Position numbers and translations under genes: made by a program. From the IMG/VR virus record IMGVR_UViG_2703718794_000005: a DNA stretch of 13,313 nucleotides. The stretch is one strand, 5' to 3'. This stretch comes from a virus. Lineage: Duplodnaviria; Heunggongvirae; Uroviricota; Caudoviricetes. The notes beneath the pieces are model-generated. The model worked only from the letters and a program-made list of their open reading frames with translations, was not told the origin of the DNA and ran no database searches. Positions 1 to 6,599 of this stretch are shown in pieces (positions within the stretch are counted from its first letter, which is position 1; every line of letters begins with the position of its first letter).

Positions 1-160
1 GTTAAGCATCCACAGGCTGGTATCTGCAACCGATTATAACGGATGCTTAACGTAATGCGTGAAGTATGGACATATTTTATCAATTAGTGTTTTTTGCCGT
101 TTCATAATGTTTCAGGTTGTGCGTTATGTTTTTGATTATAAACAGATTTGTGATTTTTCT

Positions 161-230
161 TGTTCCAGCTTGTTTCACGTTGTAGCCCTTTGTGCAACGA
201 TCGGTGTAGTTAATGGTGTAGTTAATTGTG
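161..230. repeat. attL: left copy of island-bounding direct repeat (perfect core cggtgtagttaatggtgtagt at 202-222)
   Basis: Exact 21-mer recurs at 11747-11767 in the same orientation; imperfect similarity (ttgttcca..gtttca..gtgca.cga) extends ~40 bp upstream in both copies; int begins 6 bp after the core. Confidence 0.75.
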
Positions 231-1478
231 ATGACCGGATTCAAAATTATGAGCAGAGCACTTAACAAACTGAGCGATACACAGCTGAGGAAAATCAACG
301 GCACACCCGCCCAAAAAACAGCCTTTCTTAATGACGGTGGAAACCTGAGCGTCAGGCATTCAACCAGTGGCCTTTTAACCTGGTATTTCACTTACAGGGC
401 CGGAACGGGAAGGGGGGCACCACCGGAACGCATTAAGCTGGGAAATTATCCTGATCTGAGCCTGAAATCAGCCAGGGAAAAAGCCGCCCAGTGTCGCGCA
501 TGGCTGGCAGAGGGGAAAAATCCACGTCATGAAATGAATTACACCGTACAGGAAGCGTTAAAGCCGGTAACGGTTGGCGATGCGCTCACCTACTGGCTTG
601 AGTCGTACGCAAAGGAAAACCGTGTGGATTATGACCCACTGAAAAAGCGGCTAAATAATCACGTAATACAGCACATTGGCCCTATGCCGCTGGATAAATG
701 CGAGCTACGGCACTGGCTGGCCTGTTTTGATCGGGTGGCAAAGAAAGCCCCTGTTTCCGCCGGGTTCCTGCTACAGACATGCAAGCAGGCGCTTAAGTTC
801 TGCAGGAAGCGGCGCTATGCAATCAGCAACGTTCTTGATGATATGAGTGTGGCGGACGTTGGGAAAAAACCGGATATAAGTGAGCGTGTCTTAAGTAACA
901 AAGAACTTGGCGAATTATTGCAGGCACTGGACAAAAAAATATTTTCCCCTTACTACGTCGCACTAATCCGCCTCCTGATTGTTTTCGGATGCCGGACAGT
1001 AGAACTGAGGTTATCGGAGATCGGCGAGTGGGATTTTACCGAAATGCTCTGGACCGTTCCGAAGGAGCACAGCAAAACGAAGGTAGCCATATTCCGGCCC
1101 ATACCGGAAGCGATACTGCCGTTCGTCACGCAGCTGGTGGAGCAGAACAGGCACACGGGCTTATTGCTGGGGGAAGTGAAACAGGAAACCAGCGTATCGC
1201 AGTACGGCAGATTGGTGCACAGGAGGCTTAAACACCCTCACTGGTCACTGCATGACATCCGGCGCACCTTTACAACCATGCTGAACGATTTAGGCGTTGA
1301 TCCTCACGTCGTGGAGCAGCTTACAGGCCACCAGATGCCAGGAATGCAACGCGTGTACAACCATTCCCGCTATATTGATGCGAAACGCAATGCGCTTGAT
1401 ATGTGGGTGGAGCGGTTGGAGATACTGGCGGGAACACATGAAAACGTAACCACGCTACCAGTAACCAGAATAAAATAA
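228..1478 (+). CDS. int: Tyrosine recombinase/integrase, P4 family (N-terminal arm-binding domain type)
   Basis: 416-aa ORF beginning at GTG 228; N-terminus (LSDTQLRK..FLNDGGNLSVR..WYFTYR) resembles P4-type integrase arm-binding domain; sits next to attL. True start may be ATG 231 or ATG 249 (MSRALNKLSD...); no clear SD for any of them. Confidence 0.9.
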   Translation: MMTGFKIMSRALNKLSDTQLRKINGTPAQKTAFLNDGGNLSVRHSTSGLLTWYFTYRAGTGRGAPPERIKLGNYPDLSLKSAREKAAQCRAWLAEGKNPRHEMNYTVQEALKPVTVGDALTYWLESYAKENRVDYDPLKKRLNNHVIQHIGPMPLDKCELRHWLACFDRVAKKAPVSAGFLLQTCKQALKFCRKRRYAISNVLDDMSVADVGKKPDISERVLSNKELGELLQALDKKIFSPYYVALIRLLIVFGCRTVELRLSEIGEWDFTEMLWTVPKEHSKTKVAIFRPIPEAILPFVTQLVEQNRHTGLLLGEVKQETSVSQYGRLVHRRLKHPHWSLHDIRRTFTTMLNDLGVDPHVVEQLTGHQMPGMQRVYNHSRYIDAKRNALDMWVERLEILAGTHENVTTLPVTRIK

Positions 1479-1530
1479 TTTTTTTCGTGTTTTTTCAGTA
1501 TGCGCATACTGGATAAGTGCACAGATACAA

Positions 1531-1570
1531 CGTGAAACAATGTGCAACAACGTGACACAATCACGAACAA
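1531..1570 (+). repeat. Four tandem 10-bp-phased repeats cGTGAaACAA / tGTGCAACAA / cGTGACACAA / tCACGAACAA
   Basis: Read directly; exact 10-bp periodicity; just downstream of int stop, preceded by perfect 14-bp palindrome AGTATGCGCATACT (1497-1510). Similar phased GTGAC array at the other end of the island (11301-11340). Confidence 0.5.
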
Positions 1571-1666
1571 GAGGCCAAAAAGAATACAGATTTATAAGTT
1601 ACTGATTTTTAATGCTTAGCTGGTTTTTTATACATTAGTGAATTACGCGTTAAAGCGTGCGAAAAA

Positions 1667-1698
1667 AGGCATAAAACAAGATTTTATGCCTTTGTATT
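1667..1698. terminator. Intrinsic terminator candidate (10-bp stem aggcataaaa/ttttatgcct, 5-nt loop, T-rich tail; A-run upstream so possibly bidirectional)
   Basis: Inverted repeat 1667-1676 / 1682-1691 followed by ttgtatt; lies between int and alpA. Confidence 0.55.
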
Positions 1699-1852
1699 GA
1701 TATGAATTTAAATGATTTTATCCTGATTATTCCTCTTTCTGTAAACCATGCGACACCAACATTTGCCAACTCTGAATCATCCTGACACAATCAGACACAT
1801 CCCAACGCAATAGAACACGAAATAACTCTTTAAGAAACGAAAGGGGGCAATA

Positions 1853-2041
1853 GTGTTAAGCACTGATCGGTTTATACGTGAAAAAGAATGCGAAAAGCTA
1901 ACAGGCCTTAGCCGCTCATGCCGCTACCGCCTGGAAAAGGCCGGACAATTCCCATCACGTCGTAAACTTGGTGGGCGTTCTGTTGGCTGGTCTTTATCTG
2001 AGGTTTTGGCCTGGAAGGATAGCTGCAAGGCAGTTCACTAA
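1853..2041 (+). CDS. alpA: AlpA/Vis-family small HTH regulator (prophage regulatory protein / excision-directionality candidate)
   Basis: 62-aa ORF with GTG start 9 nt after aaaggggg SD; motif RKLGGRSVGWSLSEVLAW typical of AlpA-type MerR-like HTH; positioned directly downstream of int as in P4-like elements. Confidence 0.8.
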   Translation: MLSTDRFIREKECEKLTGLSRSCRYRLEKAGQFPSRRKLGGRSVGWSLSEVLAWKDSCKAVH

Positions 2042-2182
2042 AAAGACTGGCGGCACACAGTCGCCACACATCCACTAATACAGAGATATAACTATGAAGA
2101 TTGAATATGCGCCCGAACGTGGGCGGGGATTCGTTCGCCCTGGTGAAACTGAAAAACAACAAAATTGGGGTTTTTCAGGCAT

Positions 2183-2216
2183 AAAAAAAGCGGCCCCGAT
2201 ATGGAGCCGCCTTTCT
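2183..2216 (-). terminator. Candidate terminator for leftward operon (minus-strand stem GCGGC/GCCGC followed by 7 U)
   Basis: Plus strand aaaaaaagcggccccgatatggagccgcc; on minus strand gives hairpin plus TTTTTTT; located in the convergent gap between alpA and the leftward genes. Loop is long (11 nt), so weak. Confidence 0.35.
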
Positions 2217-2284
2217 GAACAATTAACCTGCTGCGCCTTATGTGTATGTGATCCCAAACATAAGCACGGGAATGATAGCCGCTA

Positions 2285-2488
2285 TCAGGCTGGTGGGCAA
2301 TTACCTTGCTTGTTGGGGCCGTATTGTGCTGCCATTTTCATCCGTTCAGAACGTGAATATTTTTTTAGAAACTCATCAAGGACAAAAGCGCATGGAGCGA
2401 ATCTTTCTGATTCATGCTCGAGCGCCATATTTTCGTGCTCTCTGTTCGTTTTTTGCGATGGTGTATTGGTTGATTCTTTATTGGTCAT
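2285..2488 (-). CDS. Hypothetical small protein (67 aa), paralog of 2946-3173
   Basis: ORF with charged, non-repetitive composition; C-terminal block RFAPCAFVLDEFLKKYSRS resembles EKFALEDFVDKYPRR of the 75-aa ORF; start codon preceded by conserved leader element R1a. Confidence 0.5.
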   Translation of the reverse strand: MTNKESTNTPSQKTNREHENMALEHESERFAPCAFVLDEFLKKYSRSERMKMAAQYGPNKQGNCPPA

Positions 2489-2496
2489 TGTGTGTA

Positions 2497-2540
2497 CCTG
2501 TAAAGCAATGCGCCGGAGTTCCTCACGCCACGGCGCTGAT
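2497..2540 (-). promoter_or_regulatory. Conserved 44-nt intercistronic hairpin element R1a
   Basis: cctgtaaagcaatgcgccggagttcctcacgccacggcgctgat; 41/44 identical to R1b (3182-3225) in my by-eye alignment; contains inverted repeat gcgccg..cggcgc; lies between a minus-strand stop codon and the next minus-strand start. Confidence 0.5.
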
Positions 2541-2545
2541 GTTTT

Positions 2546-2650
2546 TTATTCTTTGGGTTCAATACCGCGTTGCTGTAATTCTTTTCGGATTATTCGTTTT
2601 ATCCAAGCAGCTAAAGAGTCATCACCGTCTTGTTGTTGTGCTTTTTCCAT
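2546..2650 (-). CDS. Possible 34-aa ORF (MEKAQQQDGDDSLAAWIKRIIRKELQQRGIEPKE), truncated paralog of the C-terminus of the 3231-3419 protein
   Basis: ATG (revcomp of 2648-2650) preceded by gggaaaag; C-terminus resembles ..AALKREVEYRQRRKAKESE of the 62-aa ORF; not in supplied ORF track (below size cut-off). Confidence 0.25.
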   Translation of the reverse strand: MEKAQQQDGDDSLAAWIKRIIRKELQQRGIEPKE

Positions 2651-2718
2651 CTTTTCCCGTAAGTCAGGATCTAAACGGAACTGGAAAGGAGGATTACCAC
2701 GCCTTTCATTCTTGTGTG

Positions 2719-2768
2719 TTGACACGTCAATTACACCCCATATAATGTGTTTATGTGTATATACACAT
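2719..2768 (+). promoter_or_regulatory. Consensus sigma70 promoter (TTGACA 2719-2724, 16-bp spacer, TATAAT 2741-2746) with 16-bp perfect palindrome ATGTGTATATACACAT (2753-2768) over the predicted +1
   Basis: Read directly from sequence; both hexamers match consensus 6/6; palindrome immediately downstream is operator-like. Confidence 0.6.
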
Positions 2769-2793
2769 TACACACAACTAGCACAAAAAACAA

Positions 2794-2926
2794 CGCCCCG
2801 CAGTGATGGGAACACATACGGGGCGTCTAACCAAACCATTAATTGAGGTAACGATTATGGTTATAAAAGAGCATAGCTTACTCTTTATACACACACAAAC
2901 GCCCCGGAAACGGAATAATCCGTTTC
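2794..2926 (+). ncRNA. Candidate structured leader / small RNA (R2a) transcribed from the 2719-2746 promoter
   Basis: Hairpin cgccccg(2794-2800)..cggggcg(2819-2825), then tctaaccaa, SD+ATGGTT (2857), tatacacacacaaac; all shared with R2b (3543-3650); second hairpin gaaacgga/tccgtttc at 2907-2926. The long plus-strand ORF through here has junk composition, so the transcript is probably non-coding or encodes only a short peptide. Confidence 0.3.
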
Positions 2927-2945
2927 ATAGTTCGGTTTTGTGCAC

Positions 2946-3173
2946 TCATCCTGGCGGTCGGTTTTTGCCGGATTTAAGCCGCCGTGGGTATTTATCGACA
3001 AAATCTTCAAGGGCAAATTTTTCTGGTGGCACTAAGCGCGGCGCTGGTGGTGGTATTTTTGTTCTGGTTAGTTCTTCCTCAAGTCTGGCGCAGGCTTCTG
3101 ACTGCCTTTGCCGGATGATTTCATCATCTTGCGTTTGCGTGTCTTGTATTGGTGATAGTGTGTTGTTGGTCAT
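2946..3173 (-). CDS. Hypothetical small protein (75 aa), paralog of 2285-2488
   Basis: ORF start MTNN.. mirrors MTNK.. of the paralog; both preceded by the R1 element; shared C-terminal motif; protein-like composition. Confidence 0.55.
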   Translation of the reverse strand: MTNNTLSPIQDTQTQDDEIIRQRQSEACARLEEELTRTKIPPPAPRLVPPEKFALEDFVDKYPRRLKSGKNRPPG

Positions 3174-3181
3174 GATACTGC

Positions 3182-3225
3182 CCTGTAAAGCAATGCGCCG
3201 TAGTACCTCACACCACGGCGCTGAT
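3182..3225 (-). promoter_or_regulatory. Conserved 44-nt intercistronic hairpin element R1b
   Basis: cctgtaaagcaatgcgccgtagtacctcacaccacggcgctgat; on the minus-strand RNA forms a ~9-bp stem GCGCCGUGG/CUACGGCGC with GAGG in the loop; sits between stop of 3231-3419 and start of 2946-3173. Confidence 0.5.
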
Positions 3226-3230
3226 AGTGA

Positions 3231-3419
3231 TTATTCTGATTCTTTGGCCTTGCGACGCTGGCGGTATTCAACTTCCCGCTTTAATGCAGCTGTAACAAAC
3301 TGCCCTGTACTTTCGCCGGGCATTTTTACCGCCTCAACATTGTTCATAACTTCATGTGGAACCCTTGCCGCAACTGTTTGTGATTTTGCGTTTACTGCTT
3401 TTGTCGCCATGTTGAGCAC
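3231..3419 (-). CDS. Small DNA-binding regulator candidate (62 aa; possible ribbon-helix-helix type repressor)
   Basis: GTG start 4 nt after gagggg SD (alternative ATG 9 nt downstream); segment QTVAARVPHEVMNNVEAVK..GQFVTAALKREVE fits a beta-strand/helix/helix pattern; gene diverges from an operator array. Confidence 0.55.
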   Translation of the reverse strand: MLNMATKAVNAKSQTVAARVPHEVMNNVEAVKMPGESTGQFVTAALKREVEYRQRRKAKESE

Positions 3420-3460
3420 CCCTCATAAAAAACAAATGCAGTATGCAGGAAAAAAAATAA

Positions 3461-3537
3461 GTGTTCAACACTTGACGTGTTTAACACCTCGATTTAAATT
3501 GGTGTTCAACACCTTATTTAGGCAAGGTGTTGAAACG
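3461..3537. promoter_or_regulatory. Operator array: GTGTTcAACAC (3461-3471), GTGTTtAACAC (3477-3487), GTGTTcAACAC (3502-3512), GTGTTgAAAC (3527-3536), with divergent promoters
   Basis: Three perfect 5+1+5 palindromes plus a half-site variant, read directly; -35-like TTGACG (3472-3477) between O1 and O2 and -10-like TAAATT (3495-3500) for rightward transcription; leftward TTGAAC/CATACT candidate overlapping O1. Confidence 0.6.
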
Positions 3538-3542
3538 ACGAA

Positions 3543-3650
3543 ACCCCGCACTGTAGGAGCAGTAACGGGGCTTCTAACCAACAACGTAAACGAGGAGCCG
3601 TTATGGTTGCCGTAAATCATATACCACACCTTGTACACACACAAACTGCC
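3543..3650 (+). promoter_or_regulatory. Conserved structured leader R2b of the rightward operon
   Basis: Hairpin ccccg(3544-3548)..cgggg(3566-3570) with AGGAG in loop, tctaaccaa, SD gaggag + ATGGTT at 3603, tgtacacacacaaac; patchwise identical to R2a. Confidence 0.4.
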
Positions 3651-3675
3651 TTTGTGTGGCGTTTTCTGGCCCTGA

Positions 3676-4005
3676 GTGCCGGAGAATCTCAAATCATCCA
3701 CGTCACCGCCTGGACGGAACGCGAAGCGCGTAACCGTTGCCCGTCCGGTTGTGTTGCTGTATTTGCCGCCCGTATTCGTCAGGAGGTGCGCCATTATTAA
3801 TCTGTCACTTACTGACCTTAACCGCATTCAGTTTCGTGAGAAATTCACAGGGCAGCTACTGGTCAATGTGGATAAAGGTCGCGTGGTGTGTAATTACCAC
3901 TTACCAGATGAAGCAATTGTCGCCACAAGGGAATCATTACAGGAAATCACAAAACGTGCCGGAATGATTAACACGAATATTCAGGGGATGCTTTATGCAC
4001 AATAA
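3676..4005 (+). CDS. Hypothetical protein; start uncertain
   Basis: C-terminal two thirds (..LTDLNRIQFREKFTGQLLVNVDKGRVVCNYHLPDEAIVATRESLQEITKRAGM..) looks protein-like; N-terminal part from GTG 3676 is Pro/Arg-rich and overlaps alternative ORF 3603-3800 (65 aa, with SD and conserved ATGGTT start). A strong AGGAGG at 3780-3785 precedes an in-frame ATT (3793). Only one of the overlapping frames is likely translated. Confidence 0.4.
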   Translation: MPENLKSSTSPPGRNAKRVTVARPVVLLYLPPVFVRRCAIINLSLTDLNRIQFREKFTGQLLVNVDKGRVVCNYHLPDEAIVATRESLQEITKRAGMINTNIQGMLYAQ

Positions 4006-4255
4006 AACCACACCGGACGCAGCCGCCGAAGCCATCAAAACGCTGATGCACGCGCTGATTGATATTTCTGTTATCGCGGACAGGGCACATAAGCACGCCA
4101 CCAGCGAAACAGAATATACCGGGGCTTTCGTTCCTCACTCACTGGCTGTTATGCAATTTAGTGCTGATATGGCACTGAATGAGGCTAAAACCATCCTGAT
4201 TACTGATTGTGAAAATGGGGGGGGGTTATGCGTGATGATCGTTTTTATTCCCTGA
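3995..4255 (+). CDS. Hypothetical protein (86 aa)
   Basis: ATG overlaps previous stop (ATGCTTTATGCACAATAA); acidic/helical composition; C-terminus runs through a G9 tract (4217-4225) and overlaps next ORF by 28 nt. Confidence 0.5.
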   Translation: MHNKTTPDAAAEAIKTLMHALIDISVIADRAHKHATSETEYTGAFVPHSLAVMQFSADMALNEAKTILITDCENGGGLCVMIVFIP

Positions 4256-4449
4256 AACAAGAATTTTCCGGCGTTCCTGATGATGCGGCTGATGCGCTTT
4301 CGTCAATATCTGAAATTATGCGGGTGGCTTTTTTCTTTCTTTGCACTGATGAGCACAGAGATACAGGGCTAAATATTCTTGATATTGCCGCTAACTATGC
4401 CGATTTCGTGACAGAAGCTGTTTTAAGAAAAACAACGGACGGTAATTAA
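4228..4449 (+). CDS. Hypothetical protein (73 aa); may be fused to the preceding ORF by a frameshift at the G9 tract
   Basis: ATG 4228 directly after G9 run (acts as SD); begins MRDD like the next ORF (MRDI); frame is open from 4213. Confidence 0.5.
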   Translation: MRDDRFYSLKQEFSGVPDDAADALSSISEIMRVAFFFLCTDEHRDTGLNILDIAANYADFVTEAVLRKTTDGN

Positions 4450-4450
4450 T

Positions 4451-4684
4451 ATGCGTGATATTTACCACGAAACAACAGATCGCGTATTTCTTGCACTTTC
4501 TCACAGTGAAAATATGATGGAAATATTGCGCATATGGCTTGAAACACTTGGCGACAATGAACGCGACAAACAAAAATCAAGAATTGCCACGGCATTAATA
4601 ACGCTTCTTGAGCCTGTAATAAATGAGTTGCAGGAAATAGAGACATTGCACGACAGATATAACGAACAGCACACCGGAGAATAA
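4451..4684 (+). CDS. Hypothetical protein (77 aa)
   Basis: ATG 1 nt after previous stop; helical, charged composition; weak similarity to 4228-4449 product. Confidence 0.55.
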   Translation: MRDIYHETTDRVFLALSHSENMMEILRIWLETLGDNERDKQKSRIATALITLLEPVINELQEIETLHDRYNEQHTGE

Positions 4685-4689
4685 AAATA

Positions 4690-4989
4690 ATGAAACTTAA
4701 ATATTCTGGCTTAACTGCCAGTGGCAACACTCACCCTAAATTTACGCGCGGTGATATTTACCGCGACCAGTACGGCGGCACGGTAATGATTAAGGGCGTG
4801 GCGGGACGGTGCGTAACTTACCGCCGTGAAGGTTACGAATATGATTGCGTGATGCCTGTTTATCAGTTCCGGCGTGATTTTTCTCTGGTACAGACCGCGC
4901 CGCATAACGTGCCCACCAGCAACGCCAGGGCACGGGCAAACATCCAGAAGCTGAAAACCATGATTAACGGATTCAGGGGTAAAAAATGA
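4690..4989 (+). CDS. Hypothetical protein (99 aa), translationally coupled to the replication ATPase
   Basis: Stop overlaps start of next gene (ATGA at 4986-4989); protein-like composition. Confidence 0.6.
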   Translation: MKLKYSGLTASGNTHPKFTRGDIYRDQYGGTVMIKGVAGRCVTYRREGYEYDCVMPVYQFRRDFSLVQTAPHNVPTSNARARANIQKLKTMINGFRGKK

Positions 4990-6395
4990 AACTGGCACTG
5001 AACGTAAAACGATTACCGAAAGATAAATACACCGATGCGATTATTTTTGCGGGTATTGATGCTCACTCATTCGCAGAGCATTACATCATTGCACAGGCCA
5101 AAAAAGCAGGCGATCCAGTCCCTCCCGTTTATCTGGGGCGTTATCAGTTAAGCGAACTGGATAACCTCCAGATTGTTGATGATGGGCGATACAGGGCGAC
5201 GGTGATACGCGCCGGAAATATTGAAGAGCCGCAGCTGTTAACCATCGCCACGAAACTGGCGATCGCCGGAGTCCAGGAGGCGCGGCTACTTTCTGAAAAT
5301 TTCGAATTGCTGGAGGAATGGAGCGACCAGCTTCCACGGCTTAGGGAGGCATGGGAACGCGGGGAAAGCCTGGTCATGAAAAAAATTCCCCAGCGAAAAA
5401 CCACGCTACCGATGAGCGTTGGATCTACCGGATACGACACACAGCTTGATTACGTGGTAAAGGGGATTATTCCGGCATCGTCGCTTTGCAGCATATACGG
5501 GGCGAGCGGTTCCTATAAATCATTCCTTGCCGGATCGTGGGCGTGTCACGTTTCCACGGGCCGCCAGTGGGGAGGCCGCAGGGTGGCGCATGGCGCTGTT
5601 CTCTATGTGGTTGGTGAAGGCGGTATCGGCGTTCCGCGTCGTGTAAAAGCCTGGGAGGTTGTGCACGGTGAGCAGGTGAAAAATCTGTATCTGGTAAACC
5701 GTCCCATCTTTCCGGCGGTCCCGCTTGATGTTGATGAAATGGTTATCGCTGCCAGTCAGGTGGAGAGGGAAACGGGTAAACCTGTACGCATGATTATTCT
5801 GGATACGCTGGCGCGTTGCTTTGGTGGGAATGATGAAAATGATTCCCGTGATATGGGGGCGTTTATCCGTGGTTGTGACGAACTGAAACGGCGCACAGGG
5901 GCCACGGTGCTGGTGGTTCACCATTCCGGCAAGGATGAGACGAAAGGCGCGCGCGGTTCCAGTGCATTTCGTGCTTCGCTGGATGCTGAATACCGGATAC
6001 GCAGAGAGGACGCAGGCAGCGAAGCGCTGGTTATCTCATGCACCAAAATGAAGGACGCGGAGGAACTCAAAGAAGCCGCATATGACTTACGCGTGGTGGA
6101 GCTTTTTACCGACGCTGACGGGGAGTTAATCACGTCGCTGGTGGTGGTGGATAAGCCGCGCCCTCCCGTTGAACTGGAGCGCATCGAGGAGGCAGGGAAC
6201 AAGACGGAGAATCACGCCGCGCTATGGCAGTGCATCAGAACACGAACAGCACACGGGGAGGCGTGCACTATCGCCCTTCTCCGCGACGATATGAAAAAGC
6301 TGGGGTATGAGATGAAGCACTTCCGGCGCTGGCTGTACAAGCTGGAAAATGATGGCGTAATCGTTATTGATGGTGATGACGTGCGCCCGCTGTAA
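4986..6395 (+). CDS. Replication initiator / helicase-type RecA-fold ATPase (RepA/AAA_25-like)
   Basis: 469 aa; Walker A-like GASGSYKS, Walker B-like MIILDTLARC.GGNDEND, VLVVHHSGKD motif typical of RepA-like/DnaB-family ATPases; followed immediately by an iteron array. No primase (TOPRIM/zinc) motif noticed. Confidence 0.85.
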   Translation: MKLALNVKRLPKDKYTDAIIFAGIDAHSFAEHYIIAQAKKAGDPVPPVYLGRYQLSELDNLQIVDDGRYRATVIRAGNIEEPQLLTIATKLAIAGVQEARLLSENFELLEEWSDQLPRLREAWERGESLVMKKIPQRKTTLPMSVGSTGYDTQLDYVVKGIIPASSLCSIYGASGSYKSFLAGSWACHVSTGRQWGGRRVAHGAVLYVVGEGGIGVPRRVKAWEVVHGEQVKNLYLVNRPIFPAVPLDVDEMVIAASQVERETGKPVRMIILDTLARCFGGNDENDSRDMGAFIRGCDELKRRTGATVLVVHHSGKDETKGARGSSAFRASLDAEYRIRREDAGSEALVISCTKMKDAEELKEAAYDLRVVELFTDADGELITSLVVVDKPRPPVELERIEEAGNKTENHAALWQCIRTRTAHGEACTIALLRDDMKKLGYEMKHFRRWLYKLENDGVIVIDGDDVRPL

Positions 6396-6599
6396 AAAGT
6401 GGGGAGTAAAAGTGGGGAGAGCGGGGAATTTAACAAAATTGAAACATAATTACCCACTTTCCCACCTGTATATACCCAAAAAAGTGGGGAGTAAAAAACA
6501 TATTGAAAAACATAACGTTAGAATCACAAAAAAAAGAGGTGTGGAGACGGTGGGTAATTTCAAAAAGTGGGGAGCAAAAGTGGGGAGTAGTGGGGAATG
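6396..6599. repeat. Iteron-type replication origin: AGTGGGGAG x >=6 direct copies plus one inverted partial copy, AT-rich spacers
   Basis: Copies at 6398-6406, 6411-6419, 6420-6428 (degenerate), 6483-6491, 6566-6574, 6579-6587, 6589-6597; inverted cccacttt at 6453-6460; A/T-rich stretches between clusters; directly downstream of rep gene stop (6393-6395). Confidence 0.7.

Noticed and set aside
1-160. tRNA or tmRNA 3' end as the integration target next to attL; also the 10-bp inverted repeat gttaagcatc/gatgcttaac at 1-10 and 41-50
   Set aside because: No acceptor-stem/T-arm-like sequence (GTTCGAATC-type) or CCA-adjacent structure found by eye; the inverted repeat has a 30-nt loop and no U-run, so it is not called as a terminator or RNA gene.
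59-391. ORFs 59-265 (+) and 80-391 (-) crossing attL and the integrase start
   Set aside because: Low-complexity hydrophobic translations overlapping the att repeat and the int 5' end; no SD; likely spurious.
2041-2070. Stem-loops right after alpA (gactgg..cagtc / tggcg..cgcca) as an alpA terminator
   Set aside because: No U-run follows; the structure is short and ambiguous, so not called.
2094-3615. Long plus-strand ORFs 2094-2846, 2242-2745 and 2803-3615 from the ORF track
   Set aside because: Translations are Cys/Ser-rich and low-complexity, and run straight through promoters, operators and hairpin repeats and antisense to protein-like minus-strand genes; most likely non-coding frames.
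6396-6599. Possibility that the short direct repeats are a CRISPR array
   Set aside because: Repeat unit is only 9 bp, spacing is irregular (1 to ~60 bp), one copy is inverted, and no cas genes are present.
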